This document shows positions 40,036 through 51,002 of a stretch of 58,320 bases of DNA, one piece after another. Origin of the DNA: Sporomusa sp. (GTDB lineage: Bacteria > Bacillota > Negativicutes > Sporomusales > Sporomusaceae); assembly GCF_035561255.1 (NCBI RefSeq), contig NZ_DATMXX010000086.1, positions 1 through 58,320 on the forward strand, in the 5' to 3' direction. Made by a program: the position numbers and the translations under genes. How positions within the stretch are numbered: the stretch's first letter is position 1; the number at the start of each line of letters is the position of its first letter. A model generated the notes under the pieces. The model was given only the letters and a program-made list of their open reading frames with translations, was not told where the DNA came from and ran no database searches.

Positions 40036-41817
40036 ATGAAGTTTTCGGAGTTAGTGGATATAGCGAAATTACAACAACTGCTTGATTCAATGCATGCTGT
40101 AACCGGCATACCTTCTGCACTTCTAGACAACAATTCCGCTATCTTGACTGCTAGTGGCTGGCAGGACATATGCCAGAAGTTTCATCGTGTTTTCCCTGAG
40201 ACTGCGGCAAGATGCCGCGATAGTGACCGGCGGATATCTAAGCAGCTATCTGAGGGGCAGTCTGCAGGTTATCGATGTGAAAATGGACTGATTGACTATG
40301 CTTGTCCTATTATAATTGAAGGAAAGCATTTGGCCTCTCTCTTTGTCGGGCAGTTCCTTACGGAAAAACCAGACGAAAACTTTTTCCGGGACCAGGCACA
40401 CCGCTGTGGGTTCGACGAGGACGAATATTTAGCTGCTTTACGAAAAGTACCGGTCATCCCTGAAGAAAATGTAGCGAATATCATAGAATTTTTTTCCCAG
40501 CTTGCCTCTACAATTGCCTATCTTGGTTATCAAGTACTGCAGTCCAGGACTGCAATGGACTTTAAAGATACTCTGCTGGAGGCTATCCCCAACCCGGTTT
40601 TCTATAAAGATCTCAATGGCAGATATCTTGGCTGTAATAAAGCCTTTACTGAATTGCTTGGGTTTTCTAAAGCAGAGATCATCGGCAAATCTGCAAACGA
40701 AATTTCACCGATGTGTGTTGGGGAAAGGTATCAGAGAATGGATGCCGGCGTAATTGATACCTTTCAGTCTCATTCCTGCGAATGTGTGGTGCTGGATGCA
40801 GCCGGTACGGAGCGAAATATTATTTTTAATAATGCTGCGTTCATTACTGTAGATGGATCAAAAGGTTTAGTGGGGAGTATTCTTGACATCACGGCCCGTA
40901 AACAAATTGAGGCTAAGCTTAAAGAAAGTGAAGAGAACTATCATTTATTGTTTAATCATATGATAAACGGCTTTATGTTCCTTCAGGCAACCCCTATGGC
41001 GGACGGAGTTATGCAGGACTTCGTTATTCTTGATGTTAACGAAGGCTATGAAGGGATTATCGGACAAACGAAAGCAGAAGTAATAAATAAGAAGATGACG
41101 GAGATCATACCATTCACTGAAACCAAAAATCCGGAGTGGCTTTTTGTTTTAAACAAGGTACTTAACACCGGTGAGGCTACCTTGCTAGAGTATTATTCGA
41201 AACAAATTTTGAAGTGGCTACGCCTTTCAGTCTATAGCCCGAAACAGGGATATTTAGCAATCGTAGTATCTGATATAACCAGGGAAAAGCGGAGCGAGGA
41301 GCAGGTCCAGCAATATGCATATCACGATCACCTGACAGGGTTGCCTAATCGACGACTACTAGATGACAGATTATCTATTGCCATTGCCCAAGCGAAAAGA
41401 TCAACTGAGCTTATTGCCGTGATATTTTTAGATCTGGATAATTTTAAGCCTGTTAACGATACCTACGGTCATGATGCCGGTGATGAGCTGCTACAGCAGC
41501 TAGCTAACCGAATAGTGAGTAATGTACGGGATGGAGATACTGTTTCGCGTGTCGGCGGTGATGAATTTGTTGTCATTCTCCCCAAGGTTAAAACGAAATT
41601 AGAAACCAAGCAGCTTGCTATAAGATTGTTAAAAGCCTGCAGAAAACCGTTCATTATTAGAAATAATAAGGTGTTTGTTTCAGCAAGCATTGGTGTGAGT
41701 ATGTTTCCGGATGACGGAATGGATATTCCGGATCTGATTAGAAGTGCTGATATTGCCATGTATCAATCGAAAAGAAATGGCCGTAACCAGGTCTGTTTTG
41801 TGCATGGATGTGTATAA
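40036..41817 (+). CDS. Diguanylate cyclase (PocR-PAS-PAS-GGDEF)
   Basis: PocR (GWQDICQKFHR...C..SD, YRCENGL), PAS (YLGCNKAF), RVGGDEF. Confidence 0.92.
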   Translation: MKFSELVDIAKLQQLLDSMHAVTGIPSALLDNNSAILTASGWQDICQKFHRVFPETAARCRDSDRRISKQLSEGQSAGYRCENGLIDYACPIIIEGKHLASLFVGQFLTEKPDENFFRDQAHRCGFDEDEYLAALRKVPVIPEENVANIIEFFSQLASTIAYLGYQVLQSRTAMDFKDTLLEAIPNPVFYKDLNGRYLGCNKAFTELLGFSKAEIIGKSANEISPMCVGERYQRMDAGVIDTFQSHSCECVVLDAAGTERNIIFNNAAFITVDGSKGLVGSILDITARKQIEAKLKESEENYHLLFNHMINGFMFLQATPMADGVMQDFVILDVNEGYEGIIGQTKAEVINKKMTEIIPFTETKNPEWLFVLNKVLNTGEATLLEYYSKQILKWLRLSVYSPKQGYLAIVVSDITREKRSEEQVQQYAYHDHLTGLPNRRLLDDRLSIAIAQAKRSTELIAVIFLDLDNFKPVNDTYGHDAGDELLQQLANRIVSNVRDGDTVSRVGGDEFVVILPKVKTKLETKQLAIRLLKACRKPFIIRNNKVFVSASIGVSMFPDDGMDIPDLIRSADIAMYQSKRNGRNQVCFVHGCV

Positions 41818-41878
41818 ATAAATCTTAGAAAGGAAGTGCTTTTGGTCTTGATGGACAGCGCCTTAGTTCAATAGATGT

Positions 41879-41928
41879 AAAATGACTACTGTATGAATTT
41901 GATCATTTCATACAGTAGTCATTTTTTT
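41879..41928 (+). terminator. Intrinsic terminator
   Basis: AAAATGACTACTGTATGAA...TTCATACAGTAGTCATTTTTTT. Confidence 0.85.
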
Positions 41929-42139
41929 AGCAAAATAATTCATCAATTGGTTATGTTTGCCTATGAGCTGATACGGTTTTCTACAAGTTGTATTGAAGGG
42001 CGTGAATGCGAGGGGCAACGCCGAATGTGAGTAATAATAATCTTCTAAGTCCTGGCAGCATTGAAGGAGTTTCAGTGTTATAATCGAAAGTAATATTGTT
42101 TGTAGCATAAATGATGATGCGGTAGGCAGGTGGTTTCCT

Positions 42140-43156
42140 ATGAAGTTACTAATAGTTGATGATGATAAAATTATCCGGAGGATTCTCTCTTCCATGGTTC
42201 AGGATTGGGGCTATGAAGTGATGGTGGCAGCCGATGCTTCAGAGGCATGGAATACCCTATTTGCTAATGATGAGCCGGTAATTGTCCTTATGGACTGGAT
42301 TATGCCTGATATAGATGGCATTGAACTATGCAAAAAGATTAAGCAGGCTAAAAACGAAGGGGATACTTATGTCATTATGCTGACTGCTAAGAATGACATA
42401 GAAGATATGGTGGCCGGCTTTGCAGCCGGAGCGGACGATTTCCTGAGTAAGCCGGTAGATGCGCGGGAGCTGGGAAGCCGCTTGTCTGTGGGCAGCCGGG
42501 TTCTAAAGTATCAGCACACATTGGTGCAACGAAATGCGGAATTACAGGCTACAAAGCATGTTATGGAAAACATTATGTGGGAACTGAAAGAGGCCAATGA
42601 GAAGCTGCGTGCACTTACCTTAATTGATGGGCTTACTGGCATCGCTAACCGCCGCAGCCTGGAAGAATTTATGGATAAAGAATGGCGGTTTGCAATGAGA
42701 GAGCAAATCTCTCTTACTATCATAATGTTAGATGTGGACTTTTTTAAGTTTTATAATGATACATACGGGCATCAGATGGGGGATCTGTGCCTGCAAAAGG
42801 TAGCTAATGTTCTTGCTGAATATGTAAAACCTAACGGTGATTTAGCAGCGCGATATGGCGGGGAAGAGTTTGCTGTGGTGCTGAGAAATACAGATGTAGC
42901 TGCAGCCAAGCTGGTTGCTGAAAACATTCGAATGGCTGTAGAGCGGCTTGATATCGCACACTCAGACTCACCTGTTGCTAAGTATGTTACGGTTAGCCTG
43001 GGGGTTTCGACAGTGATTCCTCAGCCAGGTGAGATATACGGAAAACTGCTTGACACTGCTGACAAAGCGCTATACCAGGCGAAAAATGAAGGACGAAACC
43101 GATGGATTTACATTAGTGGATATGCAGGGAGAGGTGTCATGTGTGCTGGATTATGA
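42140..43156 (+). CDS. Response-regulator diguanylate cyclase (REC-GGDEF, WspR/PleD-like)
   Basis: LIVDDD, MDWIMP, RYGGEEF. Confidence 0.92.
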   Translation: MKLLIVDDDKIIRRILSSMVQDWGYEVMVAADASEAWNTLFANDEPVIVLMDWIMPDIDGIELCKKIKQAKNEGDTYVIMLTAKNDIEDMVAGFAAGADDFLSKPVDARELGSRLSVGSRVLKYQHTLVQRNAELQATKHVMENIMWELKEANEKLRALTLIDGLTGIANRRSLEEFMDKEWRFAMREQISLTIIMLDVDFFKFYNDTYGHQMGDLCLQKVANVLAEYVKPNGDLAARYGGEEFAVVLRNTDVAAAKLVAENIRMAVERLDIAHSDSPVAKYVTVSLGVSTVIPQPGEIYGKLLDTADKALYQAKNEGRNRWIYISGYAGRGVMCAGL

Positions 43157-46043
43157 GGCTCTTCTAGGAGAATTTGTTAATGAAGGCTTGACCCATGTTC
43201 AAAGAATAGAAAAAGGCCTGCTTGATGCAGAAAGGGGCCTCCAGGACACTGAGCAAATTAATGCTGTATTTCGAGCGGCTCATAGCATCAAGGGTACCGC
43301 CGGTTTTTTTGGACTAAAAAAGATGGTGGAATTATCACATGCCATGGAAGCATTGCTGGCAAAGATCCGTAATTCTGGTAAAGACATGGACAGTGTGACG
43401 ATTGATGCCCTGCTTTCGGCAACAGATAAGCTGAAAGAAATGCTTGAGAATGTTAAGGATAGTGAAAATACAGAGGTTAATGCTCAGCTCGCCCGGTTGA
43501 CAGACGCTTTACACTATAAACAATACCCGCCTGCAGCGAAGAAATCTTCCGGCAGCACAAGGCGTGATTTTAATATACCCGGTAATTATAAAGAAATCAT
43601 ACGCGATGCAAAAAAACGGGGGCAGCAAGTATATCAATTGAACCTTAGCCTTGATAAATCTTCAGGACAAAATGCTGTTAGCCCAGATCTCGTCAGCAAG
43701 ATTAAGTCTATAGGAAATGTTGTATATTGTGATGAAGGCTGCAATGAGCTAGCTTGCCTGTTCACAACTGTTCTGGAACCTGACCTTGTGGCATTAGCCC
43801 TGGATGTGTCGGAAGCCGATATTCAGCAAATAAGTGATGACGCCCAGAAGCCTGAGGATTTCAATGTTTTTAAGAAATCTTCAGGTAGCAGGTACTCCCT
43901 GGAAGAAACGTCTTGGTCAGCGAAGGGCGAAAACGGTGTTATGGCCGCCTATGGAGGGACTGAGAAGAAAGAGGATGAACGGGTTCGGGTGGACGTCGCA
44001 CTTCTTGACAGCCTGGTTAACCTTGGCAGCGAGATTGTATTGGGAAGAAATCAGCTTTTTCGCCGTCTGGAAAAATATGCTGCTGCTATACCCGAATTAA
44101 CTGCTTCACTACAGCATATTGATCGTTTAACAACTGAATTGCAAGAAAAGATAATGCGCACCAGGATGCAGCCGCTGGCTAATGTATTTGATAAGCTGCC
44201 GCGTCTTGTCAGGGATTTAGGAAAAAGCACAGGCAAAAATGTTCAGTTGCTTATGGAAGGTAAAGATATCGAACTGGATAAGTCTATCATCGAGGCACTG
44301 GCAGACCCTTTGGTTCACCTGATCCGTAATGCCGTGGATCATGGGGTGGAAACACTGGAGGAACGGAAAAATACGGAAAAATCACTGACAGCGATCATTA
44401 GTATTAAGGCTCACCGGGAAGGTGGACGTGCTGTTATCTCTGTCTCTGACGACGGAGCCGGGGTCAATCTGGAAAGTGTGGCCAGGAAAGCGATTCAGCA
44501 AAATATTCTAACACCGGGACAGTTAGCAGCTATGGGAGACAAGGAGCGGCTTAACCTACTGTTTCATCCTGGATTCTCGACATCTAAACAGATTACGGAT
44601 ATTTCCGGACGTGGTGTGGGGCTGGATATTGCAAAGTCCAATATTGAAAAAATTGGGGGAAATATTGAAGTTAGCAGTGTTTGGGGTAAAGGAACTACTT
44701 TCCGCCTGCGCCTGCCCCTCACATTAGTGGTCGTGCCTTCACTCATTGTCGAGGCAGCAAATCAACAGTTTGTGTTGCCACAAGTTAATCTACGGGAGAT
44801 TGTGCGCATAACCCCTGGTGATAAAATCCGAAAAATTGAATATATCAACGGCTATCGTGTTTTAAACCTAAGGGGGGAGTTACTGCCTATCATCAATTTG
44901 GCCGAATGTCTTGGCAAAACTACGGGCAATATTGTTGAGTGTAGTATAACCAGGGTTTTAATTGTTCGAAGTGAGGATAGGGTATTTGGATTAACCGTTG
45001 ACCGGATTTATGACCGGGAGGATGTACTGGTAAAACCTGTTCCTCAATATATCAAAGAATGTAAAGCTTATTCTGGTGTGACCATCTTAGGTGACGGAAA
45101 AGTAGCGATGGTTTTAGACCCGGATAGCCTTGCCCCGGCAACCATGTCAATGGCTACAGAGCGGCAGGATGAAAACTTGACCTATATCGGGCAACGCACC
45201 CTTGGTACTATGGCAGAACAACAGGAATTTCTGTTGTTTAAATGCTCCGGACCGGAGAATTTCGGCATTAATCTTCCTTTGGTGGCAAGGGTGGATGAGA
45301 TTGATGCAGACCAACTTCAAATAATCGGTGATAAGGAGTATGTCAATTACGAGGGTAGTATTTTAAGAATTCTGCGACCTGAAGATTATCTTCCGGTCAA
45401 AAAATTGGCATCGCGGCGCAGTAAGTTATGCCTGTTAATACCAAAATCAGTGAAATATCCGGTAGGAATTCTTGTTGAAAGAATCCAGGATACTGTTCAG
45501 ACAGCGGTGGATATTAACGAAGAAGACATCAAGGCCAAGGGGCTGTGGGGATCGGCTGTAATTCATGATAAAATTGTATTGATTGTAAATCTTTATGACC
45601 TGATGGAACTCGCTGATCCTGAGCGTTACGTCACTGAGCAGGAAACAGGCCGGCATGACTGCTGCCAGACAGTACTGCTAGTTGAAGACACTGCTTTCTT
45701 TGCCATGGTAGTGCGCCAATACCTTGAAGGAGCAGGTTATCAGGTATTGATGGCAGGCAATGGTGAAGAGGCACTTAATTTACTGGGGAAATGTGCTGTA
45801 GATGTTGTGGTTAGCGATATAAGTATGCCGGTAATGAACGGACTAGAGCTGGTCAAGGCAATTCGCAGCAACGAGAATACAGTATCACTGCCTGTGATTG
45901 CCCTCACCTCCCTCGCAAGTGCCAGGCTGGAACAGGAAGGCCTGGAAGCTGGTTTTAATTATTATGAACTTAAGCTTGACAAAACAAACTTGCTAAAGAA
46001 AGTCGCTTTAGCTCTTAGTGAACGGGAAGGGAGGCTGGCATGA
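43143..46043 (+). CDS. cheA: Hybrid chemotaxis kinase CheA (Hpt-P2-dimerisation-HATPase-CheW-CheW-REC)
   Basis: FRAAHSIKG, HLIRNAVDHG, DDGAG, SGRGVGLD, two CheW-like domains, C-terminal REC; GTG 43143 after GAGGTG. Confidence 0.92.
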   Translation: MLDYEALLGEFVNEGLTHVQRIEKGLLDAERGLQDTEQINAVFRAAHSIKGTAGFFGLKKMVELSHAMEALLAKIRNSGKDMDSVTIDALLSATDKLKEMLENVKDSENTEVNAQLARLTDALHYKQYPPAAKKSSGSTRRDFNIPGNYKEIIRDAKKRGQQVYQLNLSLDKSSGQNAVSPDLVSKIKSIGNVVYCDEGCNELACLFTTVLEPDLVALALDVSEADIQQISDDAQKPEDFNVFKKSSGSRYSLEETSWSAKGENGVMAAYGGTEKKEDERVRVDVALLDSLVNLGSEIVLGRNQLFRRLEKYAAAIPELTASLQHIDRLTTELQEKIMRTRMQPLANVFDKLPRLVRDLGKSTGKNVQLLMEGKDIELDKSIIEALADPLVHLIRNAVDHGVETLEERKNTEKSLTAIISIKAHREGGRAVISVSDDGAGVNLESVARKAIQQNILTPGQLAAMGDKERLNLLFHPGFSTSKQITDISGRGVGLDIAKSNIEKIGGNIEVSSVWGKGTTFRLRLPLTLVVVPSLIVEAANQQFVLPQVNLREIVRITPGDKIRKIEYINGYRVLNLRGELLPIINLAECLGKTTGNIVECSITRVLIVRSEDRVFGLTVDRIYDREDVLVKPVPQYIKECKAYSGVTILGDGKVAMVLDPDSLAPATMSMATERQDENLTYIGQRTLGTMAEQQEFLLFKCSGPENFGINLPLVARVDEIDADQLQIIGDKEYVNYEGSILRILRPEDYLPVKKLASRRSKLCLLIPKSVKYPVGILVERIQDTVQTAVDINEEDIKAKGLWGSAVIHDKIVLIVNLYDLMELADPERYVTEQETGRHDCCQTVLLVEDTAFFAMVVRQYLEGAGYQVLMAGNGEEALNLLGKCAVDVVVSDISMPVMNGLELVKAIRSNENTVSLPVIALTSLASARLEQEGLEAGFNYYELKLDKTNLLKKVALALSEREGRLA

Positions 46044-46468
46044 AGGGCAGAGTGTTGACATTTTATCTGTGCGGGGTCTTATGCGGCATTGACGTCAGCC
46101 GTGCTAAAGAAATGAATCGAAATGTTGAGTATACAGTAGTTCCGGGGGCTGCAAACAAAATAGCAGGACTAATGAATCTGAGAGGTCAAATCATTACTCT
46201 ATTTGACCTTGCCACAATACTGGGTTTCTCCCGGCTGGAGAAGCGGCGGGAGATGAATTGCGTTATCCTGAAAGCCAGACCTCATGATTCTGACCAGGCA
46301 GGCTTTTTTGTCGATAAACCGGGTGATGTAATTGAAGTGACAGCTGATATGTGCGAAGCACTTCCGGCTAGTTTGGGGGATATCGAAAGCCGTTTCATAC
46401 GCGAGGTAGTCAAGCTTGAAGACAGTATTTTATTAGTACTCGATCTTGACAAAATCTTCGGGGCATGA
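46040..46468 (+). CDS. cheW: CheW
   Basis: VPGAANKIAGLMNLRGQIITLFDL. Confidence 0.92.
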   Translation: MKGRVLTFYLCGVLCGIDVSRAKEMNRNVEYTVVPGAANKIAGLMNLRGQIITLFDLATILGFSRLEKRREMNCVILKARPHDSDQAGFFVDKPGDVIEVTADMCEALPASLGDIESRFIREVVKLEDSILLVLDLDKIFGA

Positions 46469-46532
46469 ACAACTATTAGTCAGTGTGCCCAACAAGAAAG
46501 TATTTTCCCTTTAGTGAAAGGAGCGAGTATCC

Positions 46533-48539
46533 GTGAAGTGGTTTCGTAACTGTAAAATCGGCGTTAAGCTTATGATTGCTTTTTTTGTACTAGTGCTAAT
46601 TACCGGCATAACAGGGGTTGTTGGGGTCAGGCAGATACAGCAAACAGAGAAGCTTGATACAGAACTTTATGAGATAAATACAGTTGCTGTCGGTGATATC
46701 GGTAAAGCTGGGGTGGAGTTTCAGCGCATAAGGGTAACCCTTGGTCAGCTAATTCTTGCTGAGACTAAGGAACAGCGCCAGCAATACGCAAAAAATGTGG
46801 TGGATTTAAATGTGGAGTTAGAACAAGATCTGGACAAATTCGGCAAGAATATTCGTTCGGAGGAGATTCGCCGCGAATTTTACCAGTTGAAAGCAGTCAA
46901 AGCGAAATGGGATGTTGAGCGCGAGGAGCTTGTGAGGCTGGTTTTATCCGGAGCGGGTGAGCAAGCTAAGGCATTGCATGTGGGAGCCGGCAATGTCTCA
47001 TCATTGGAGAATAACGGGCGAATCGACAGATTAACAGAGCTTATAACGCTGGATGCCAAGCGAAAAGCAGATACTAACGCCGATCTGGCGCAAAGCGCCG
47101 CTAAAGAAATGCTTGTCTTGTTGCTTGTGAGCATATTGCTTGCTACACCATTGGCCTGGTTTATTACGCGTCAAATTACCCAACCGGTGCAGCGTCTTCG
47201 AGCGCTAATGACAGAAGTTGAGAAAGGGGACCTGACTGTTCAGGGGCAGGTTTGTTCTAAAGATGAGATCGGCCAGCTTGTAAACTCATTTAATCAATTG
47301 ATTGGTACTATACGAACGATTAATATTGAGATACAGGATACAACGATAGTGTTAAATAACTCTTCAGCCAGCTTGCTGGCAATCTCAGAGGTTGTTGCAA
47401 CTAATAGTGAAGAGACGAGTGCTATTACTGCGGCCGCCAGTTATGCCATCGGGGATGTTGCTGCCGGTGTTAGGAATACTGCCGAGGCCATTGGGGAAAC
47501 CAGCAGTAATATCTATACTATTTCTGCAGCAACAGAGGAAATATCAACGACCATACAGAGTTTAGCGTCAGCCTCGGAGCAGGCGTCGGTAGGTCTTTCA
47601 CAGGTGAATGGCCTGATGGAACAAATCTCCGGCGGTATTCACGTTGTGTCGCATTCGGCTAAAGATGTGTCCGGTTCAGTAGCTGATGTGGCAGCAGCGA
47701 TCAAGGAAATCAATATTTCCCTTAATGAAATCAGCAGAAACTGCGAACGTTCGATTCACGTAGCTGAGGATGCGCAGGTCAGGGCGAGAGAGACTGCTGT
47801 GATTATCTCCAATCTGAACGGATTATCCAAACAAATTGGCAAGGTTGTAAATCTTATTAATGATATAGCCGATCAGACCAATATGCTGGCCCTGAATGCA
47901 GCCATTGAAGCGGCAGGGGCAGGGGAGGCCGGCAGGGGTTTTGCTGTTGTTGCAAACGAGGTGAAAGAATTAGCAAGAAAGACCGCAGGCGCGACAGACG
48001 ACATCTCAATGCAGATTGAAACAATGCAGTCAGAAATGGCTAATGGTGTCCAGGCTATGGAGCGGATTACTCAGGTAATCAGCGAAATTAACCAAAAGAG
48101 CGGTAATATAGCGGCGGCAGTAACAGAACAGTCGGCCGTAGTGGGGGAAATCTCCACTGCTGTCATTAAGGCTTCAGAAAAAGTAAACTTAATAACCGGT
48201 GAAATAGAGGATATTGCAGATAAGTCCCAGTCTATCGCCCGCAGTACTACGGAAGCCTATGAGGGAGTTTCCACGATTGCGCGGTCAGTACATGAACTTG
48301 CCTTAACTGCCGGTGATGTGGCCAAGAACACAGACCGGGCATCTGGGAGAATCAGTGAAGTTGCCAGGACTTCGCAGACTATTGCCGAAAAGGTAGCAGA
48401 AATCTCAAATAGTATTGGCGAGATCAGCAAAGCCTCCAATGACACGGCCGCGAAAGGCACCGAGGCAAGCCAGTCGGCAGATGATCTCGTAGAGGTTGCT
48501 GTAAAGCTGGAAGGCTTATCAAAACAGTTTAAGATATAA
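46533..48539 (+). CDS. Methyl-accepting chemotaxis protein (4HB sensor, long cytoplasmic domain)
   Basis: [50 protein letters not shown]. Confidence 0.92.
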   Translation: MKWFRNCKIGVKLMIAFFVLVLITGITGVVGVRQIQQTEKLDTELYEINTVAVGDIGKAGVEFQRIRVTLGQLILAETKEQRQQYAKNVVDLNVELEQDLDKFGKNIRSEEIRREFYQLKAVKAKWDVEREELVRLVLSGAGEQAKALHVGAGNVSSLENNGRIDRLTELITLDAKRKADTNADLAQSAAKEMLVLLLVSILLATPLAWFITRQITQPVQRLRALMTEVEKGDLTVQGQVCSKDEIGQLVNSFNQLIGTIRTINIEIQDTTIVLNNSSASLLAISEVVATNSEETSAITAAASYAIGDVAAGVRNTAEAIGETSSNIYTISAATEEISTTIQSLASASEQASVGLSQVNGLMEQISGGIHVVSHSAKDVSGSVADVAAAIKEINISLNEISRNCERSIHVAEDAQVRARETAVIISNLNGLSKQIGKVVNLINDIADQTNMLALNAAIEAAGAGEAGRGFAVVANEVKELARKTAGATDDISMQIETMQSEMANGVQAMERITQVISEINQKSGNIAAAVTEQSAVVGEISTAVIKASEKVNLITGEIEDIADKSQSIARSTTEAYEGVSTIARSVHELALTAGDVAKNTDRASGRISEVARTSQTIAEKVAEISNSIGEISKASNDTAAKGTEASQSADDLVEVAVKLEGLSKQFKI

Positions 48540-48585
48540 TTGCTTATGTACGCAAGTGAGGTATATATATTTCGCATCAACATAC

Positions 48586-48620
48586 CACCTGCCTGCAAAA
48601 CTTTAACGCGTTGTATATAG
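48586..48620. repeat. Dispersed 35-bp repeat, copy 2, inside the che cluster
   Basis: CACCTGCCTGCAAAACTTTAACGCGTTGTATATAG. Confidence 0.85.
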
Positions 48621-48641
48621 CCTTTGATTGGTGGTAAGTGT

Positions 48642-49772
48642 ATGGAACATAAATTAAGTGTGTTAGTGGTTAATGACCGTGCTGTTTATCGGAAGCTGTT
48701 GTCGGAAGCGGTAGATAGTACCGGTATAGCAATGACCAAAGAAACCGCAGCAAATGGGGCAATAGCCTTAGAACGTCTCAAACAGGATAGTTTTGACATT
48801 ATTCTCCTGGATGTATTTACCTTAGGGCTAGGAGGCTTACAAACATTAGCTGAACTCAGAGGTCTATTTCCGGACACCAGTGTTATCATGCTCACTGGTA
48901 AAGATGACGAAAGTGCTGTTAATACATTGAATGCACTGCAACTAGGGGCACTGGACTTTGTGATTAAACCTGATACTGCTAGCCCGGGCCCAGGCAGTGA
49001 TGCTCTACGCAAGCGCTTACAGTCTCTTTTTATGGAGTGCAAACTGGACAGGCTTAGCAAACGTAAGCCGCCTGGTTCGCTAGAGCAGGCAGCTGCAGCT
49101 AAATCTAAGCAGCCACAATTGACAACTGTTCAACAAAGCGAGCAAAAGGGTAAGCCGTTAAATTCTTTTAAGGGTCCTGTGGGATTAATTGTTATTGCTT
49201 CTTCTACCGGCGGACCTGCAGCCCTTGAACAAGTACTGAGCAGTCTCCCCTCGTCTTTGAGCATACCGGTATTGGTTGTTCAGCATATGCCGAAAGGGTT
49301 TACCCAGATTATGGCGCAAACACTGAATAAAAAGTGCTTATTGCCTGTAGCTGAGGCGGTAGATGGCCAGTCCCTGGCAGGCGGGGGAGTTTTTATTGCC
49401 CCAGGGGGAGAAAACATGTCAGTGCAGGCAGGAGCTGATAGGAAAGTTCAGTTTAAACTAGATAAGGCTCCTTCTGCGCACGGCGTCCGTCCTTCCGCAG
49501 ATGTGCTATTCAAGTCGGTTGCTCAAGGTTTCAAAGCGGTGGGTGTGTTAGCAATAATACTAACAGGTATGGGCTGTGATGGACGGGATGGTGTCCGGGC
49601 TATGAAAGAAGAATGCAACTGTTATTGTATTCTTCAAAGTGAGCGTACTTGTGTGGTATATGGAATGCCGCATTGCGTTGCAGAGGCGGGCTTAGCCGAT
49701 GAAACGGTTGATCTTACTCACATTTCCGCCCGCATTGTACAGATTGTTTTAGACGGAGGGGGATTACTATAA
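48642..49772 (+). CDS. cheB: CheB methylesterase with a degenerate-looking receiver domain
   Basis: ASSTGGP, VQHMP, RPSADVLF, LTGMGCDG, VYGMP. Confidence 0.92.
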   Translation: MEHKLSVLVVNDRAVYRKLLSEAVDSTGIAMTKETAANGAIALERLKQDSFDIILLDVFTLGLGGLQTLAELRGLFPDTSVIMLTGKDDESAVNTLNALQLGALDFVIKPDTASPGPGSDALRKRLQSLFMECKLDRLSKRKPPGSLEQAAAAKSKQPQLTTVQQSEQKGKPLNSFKGPVGLIVIASSTGGPAALEQVLSSLPSSLSIPVLVVQHMPKGFTQIMAQTLNKKCLLPVAEAVDGQSLAGGGVFIAPGGENMSVQAGADRKVQFKLDKAPSAHGVRPSADVLFKSVAQGFKAVGVLAIILTGMGCDGRDGVRAMKEECNCYCILQSERTCVVYGMPHCVAEAGLADETVDLTHISARIVQIVLDGGGLL

Positions 49773-50626
49773 ACTCTAATCTGTCTCCAGCAGAATTCGC
49801 TTTATTCCAGGAGTATATAAAGGAACAATGCGGAATCGATTTCAATGAAGACAAATCCTACTTAATCGAAAGCCGGCTTTCAAAATTTTTAATTAAGTTT
49901 CAATTGGCCAGCTTTGAAGAGCTATACCGGATGCTTAATAAACAACAAGATGCAGGCTTGGCTGAGAAAATAATTGATGCAATAACTACGAATGAAACGC
50001 TTTGGTTCCGGGATAAAACGCCGTGGATAACTTTAGAAGAAGTATTATTACCTGCATATATTAATGAGATTAGGAGCGGCCAGCGCTCCAAGGTGAGAAT
50101 ATGGAGTGCAGCGTGCTCCTCAGGGCAGGAACCCTATTCGATAGCAATGTGTATTGATCGCTATCTTAAGCGTTCCCGGGTGCAGGACGTTACCTTAGCC
50201 CATTTTGAAATACTCGCCACTGATATATCCTCAACCGTCCTAACACTCGCCCGGATGGGTAAATATGATACAATCTCGATGTCTAGAGGTCTGGACCACG
50301 AATACCGGGATACCTACTTCCAGCAAGAGGGTAGGATTTGGAAGCTTGCCGAAGTGGTGAAAGACGCAGTGGCATTTCGGCAGTTTAATCTTCAAAATAG
50401 CTTCATTGGATTAGGAAAATTTGACGCAGTATTTTGCCGGTATGTTACAATTTATTTCTCTGAGAAATTCAAAAAAACGGTTTTTTCCAAAATAGCCAAC
50501 AGTCTAACAGAACAAGGGGTACTCTTCATTGGAAATTCAGAGATATTTTTTGATTACAAAGAAAACTATGAAATGAGTCAGTACAAAAACGGGGCCTTTT
50601 TTAGGGTGAGGGGTGACTCTGAATGA
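49769..50626 (+). CDS. cheR: CheR methyltransferase; reading frame begins at ATA 49769
   Basis: TTNETLWFRD, IWSAACSSGQEPYS, FCRYVTIYF. The CheR N-domain (LSPAEF..FQEYIKEQCGI...KSYLIESRL) lies in frame upstream of the listed TTG 49904. Confidence 0.88.
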   Translation: MNSNLSPAEFALFQEYIKEQCGIDFNEDKSYLIESRLSKFLIKFQLASFEELYRMLNKQQDAGLAEKIIDAITTNETLWFRDKTPWITLEEVLLPAYINEIRSGQRSKVRIWSAACSSGQEPYSIAMCIDRYLKRSRVQDVTLAHFEILATDISSTVLTLARMGKYDTISMSRGLDHEYRDTYFQQEGRIWKLAEVVKDAVAFRQFNLQNSFIGLGKFDAVFCRYVTIYFSEKFKKTVFSKIANSLTEQGVLFIGNSEIFFDYKENYEMSQYKNGAFFRVRGDSE

Positions 50627-51000
50627 AAATTTTATCAGTAGATGATTCAGCAATCATCAGGAAGATCATCTGTAGTGGGGTAGAACTGCTGGATTATGGG
50701 TTCATGGAAGCTGAGGATGGTCAGGAGGCTCTTCGTTTACTGGCACAGGAAGATGCTGCTGATATCGGTTTAATCCTTTTGGACTGGAATATGCCAGGTA
50801 TGGGTGGTTTCGAATTTTTACAGAGGATAAAAAGTGATATTTCGTTAAGAGATATTCCTGTTATGATGGTTACAACCGAAAGTGAGAAGGCCTGTATTAT
50901 CCAGGCAATACAGGCAGGCGCCATAAATTACCTGGTTAAACCGTTTTCTATTGAGGAATTGATGAAAAAAATATTAGAATGTACCGGGGAAGGGATATAG
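50623..51000 (+). CDS. cheY: CheY-like response regulator
   Basis: ILSVDDS, LDWNMP, MVTTE, YLVKPF. Confidence 0.9.
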   Translation: MKILSVDDSAIIRKIICSGVELLDYGFMEAEDGQEALRLLAQEDAADIGLILLDWNMPGMGGFEFLQRIKSDISLRDIPVMMVTTESEKACIIQAIQAGAINYLVKPFSIEELMKKILECTGEGI

Positions 51001-51002
51001 AC

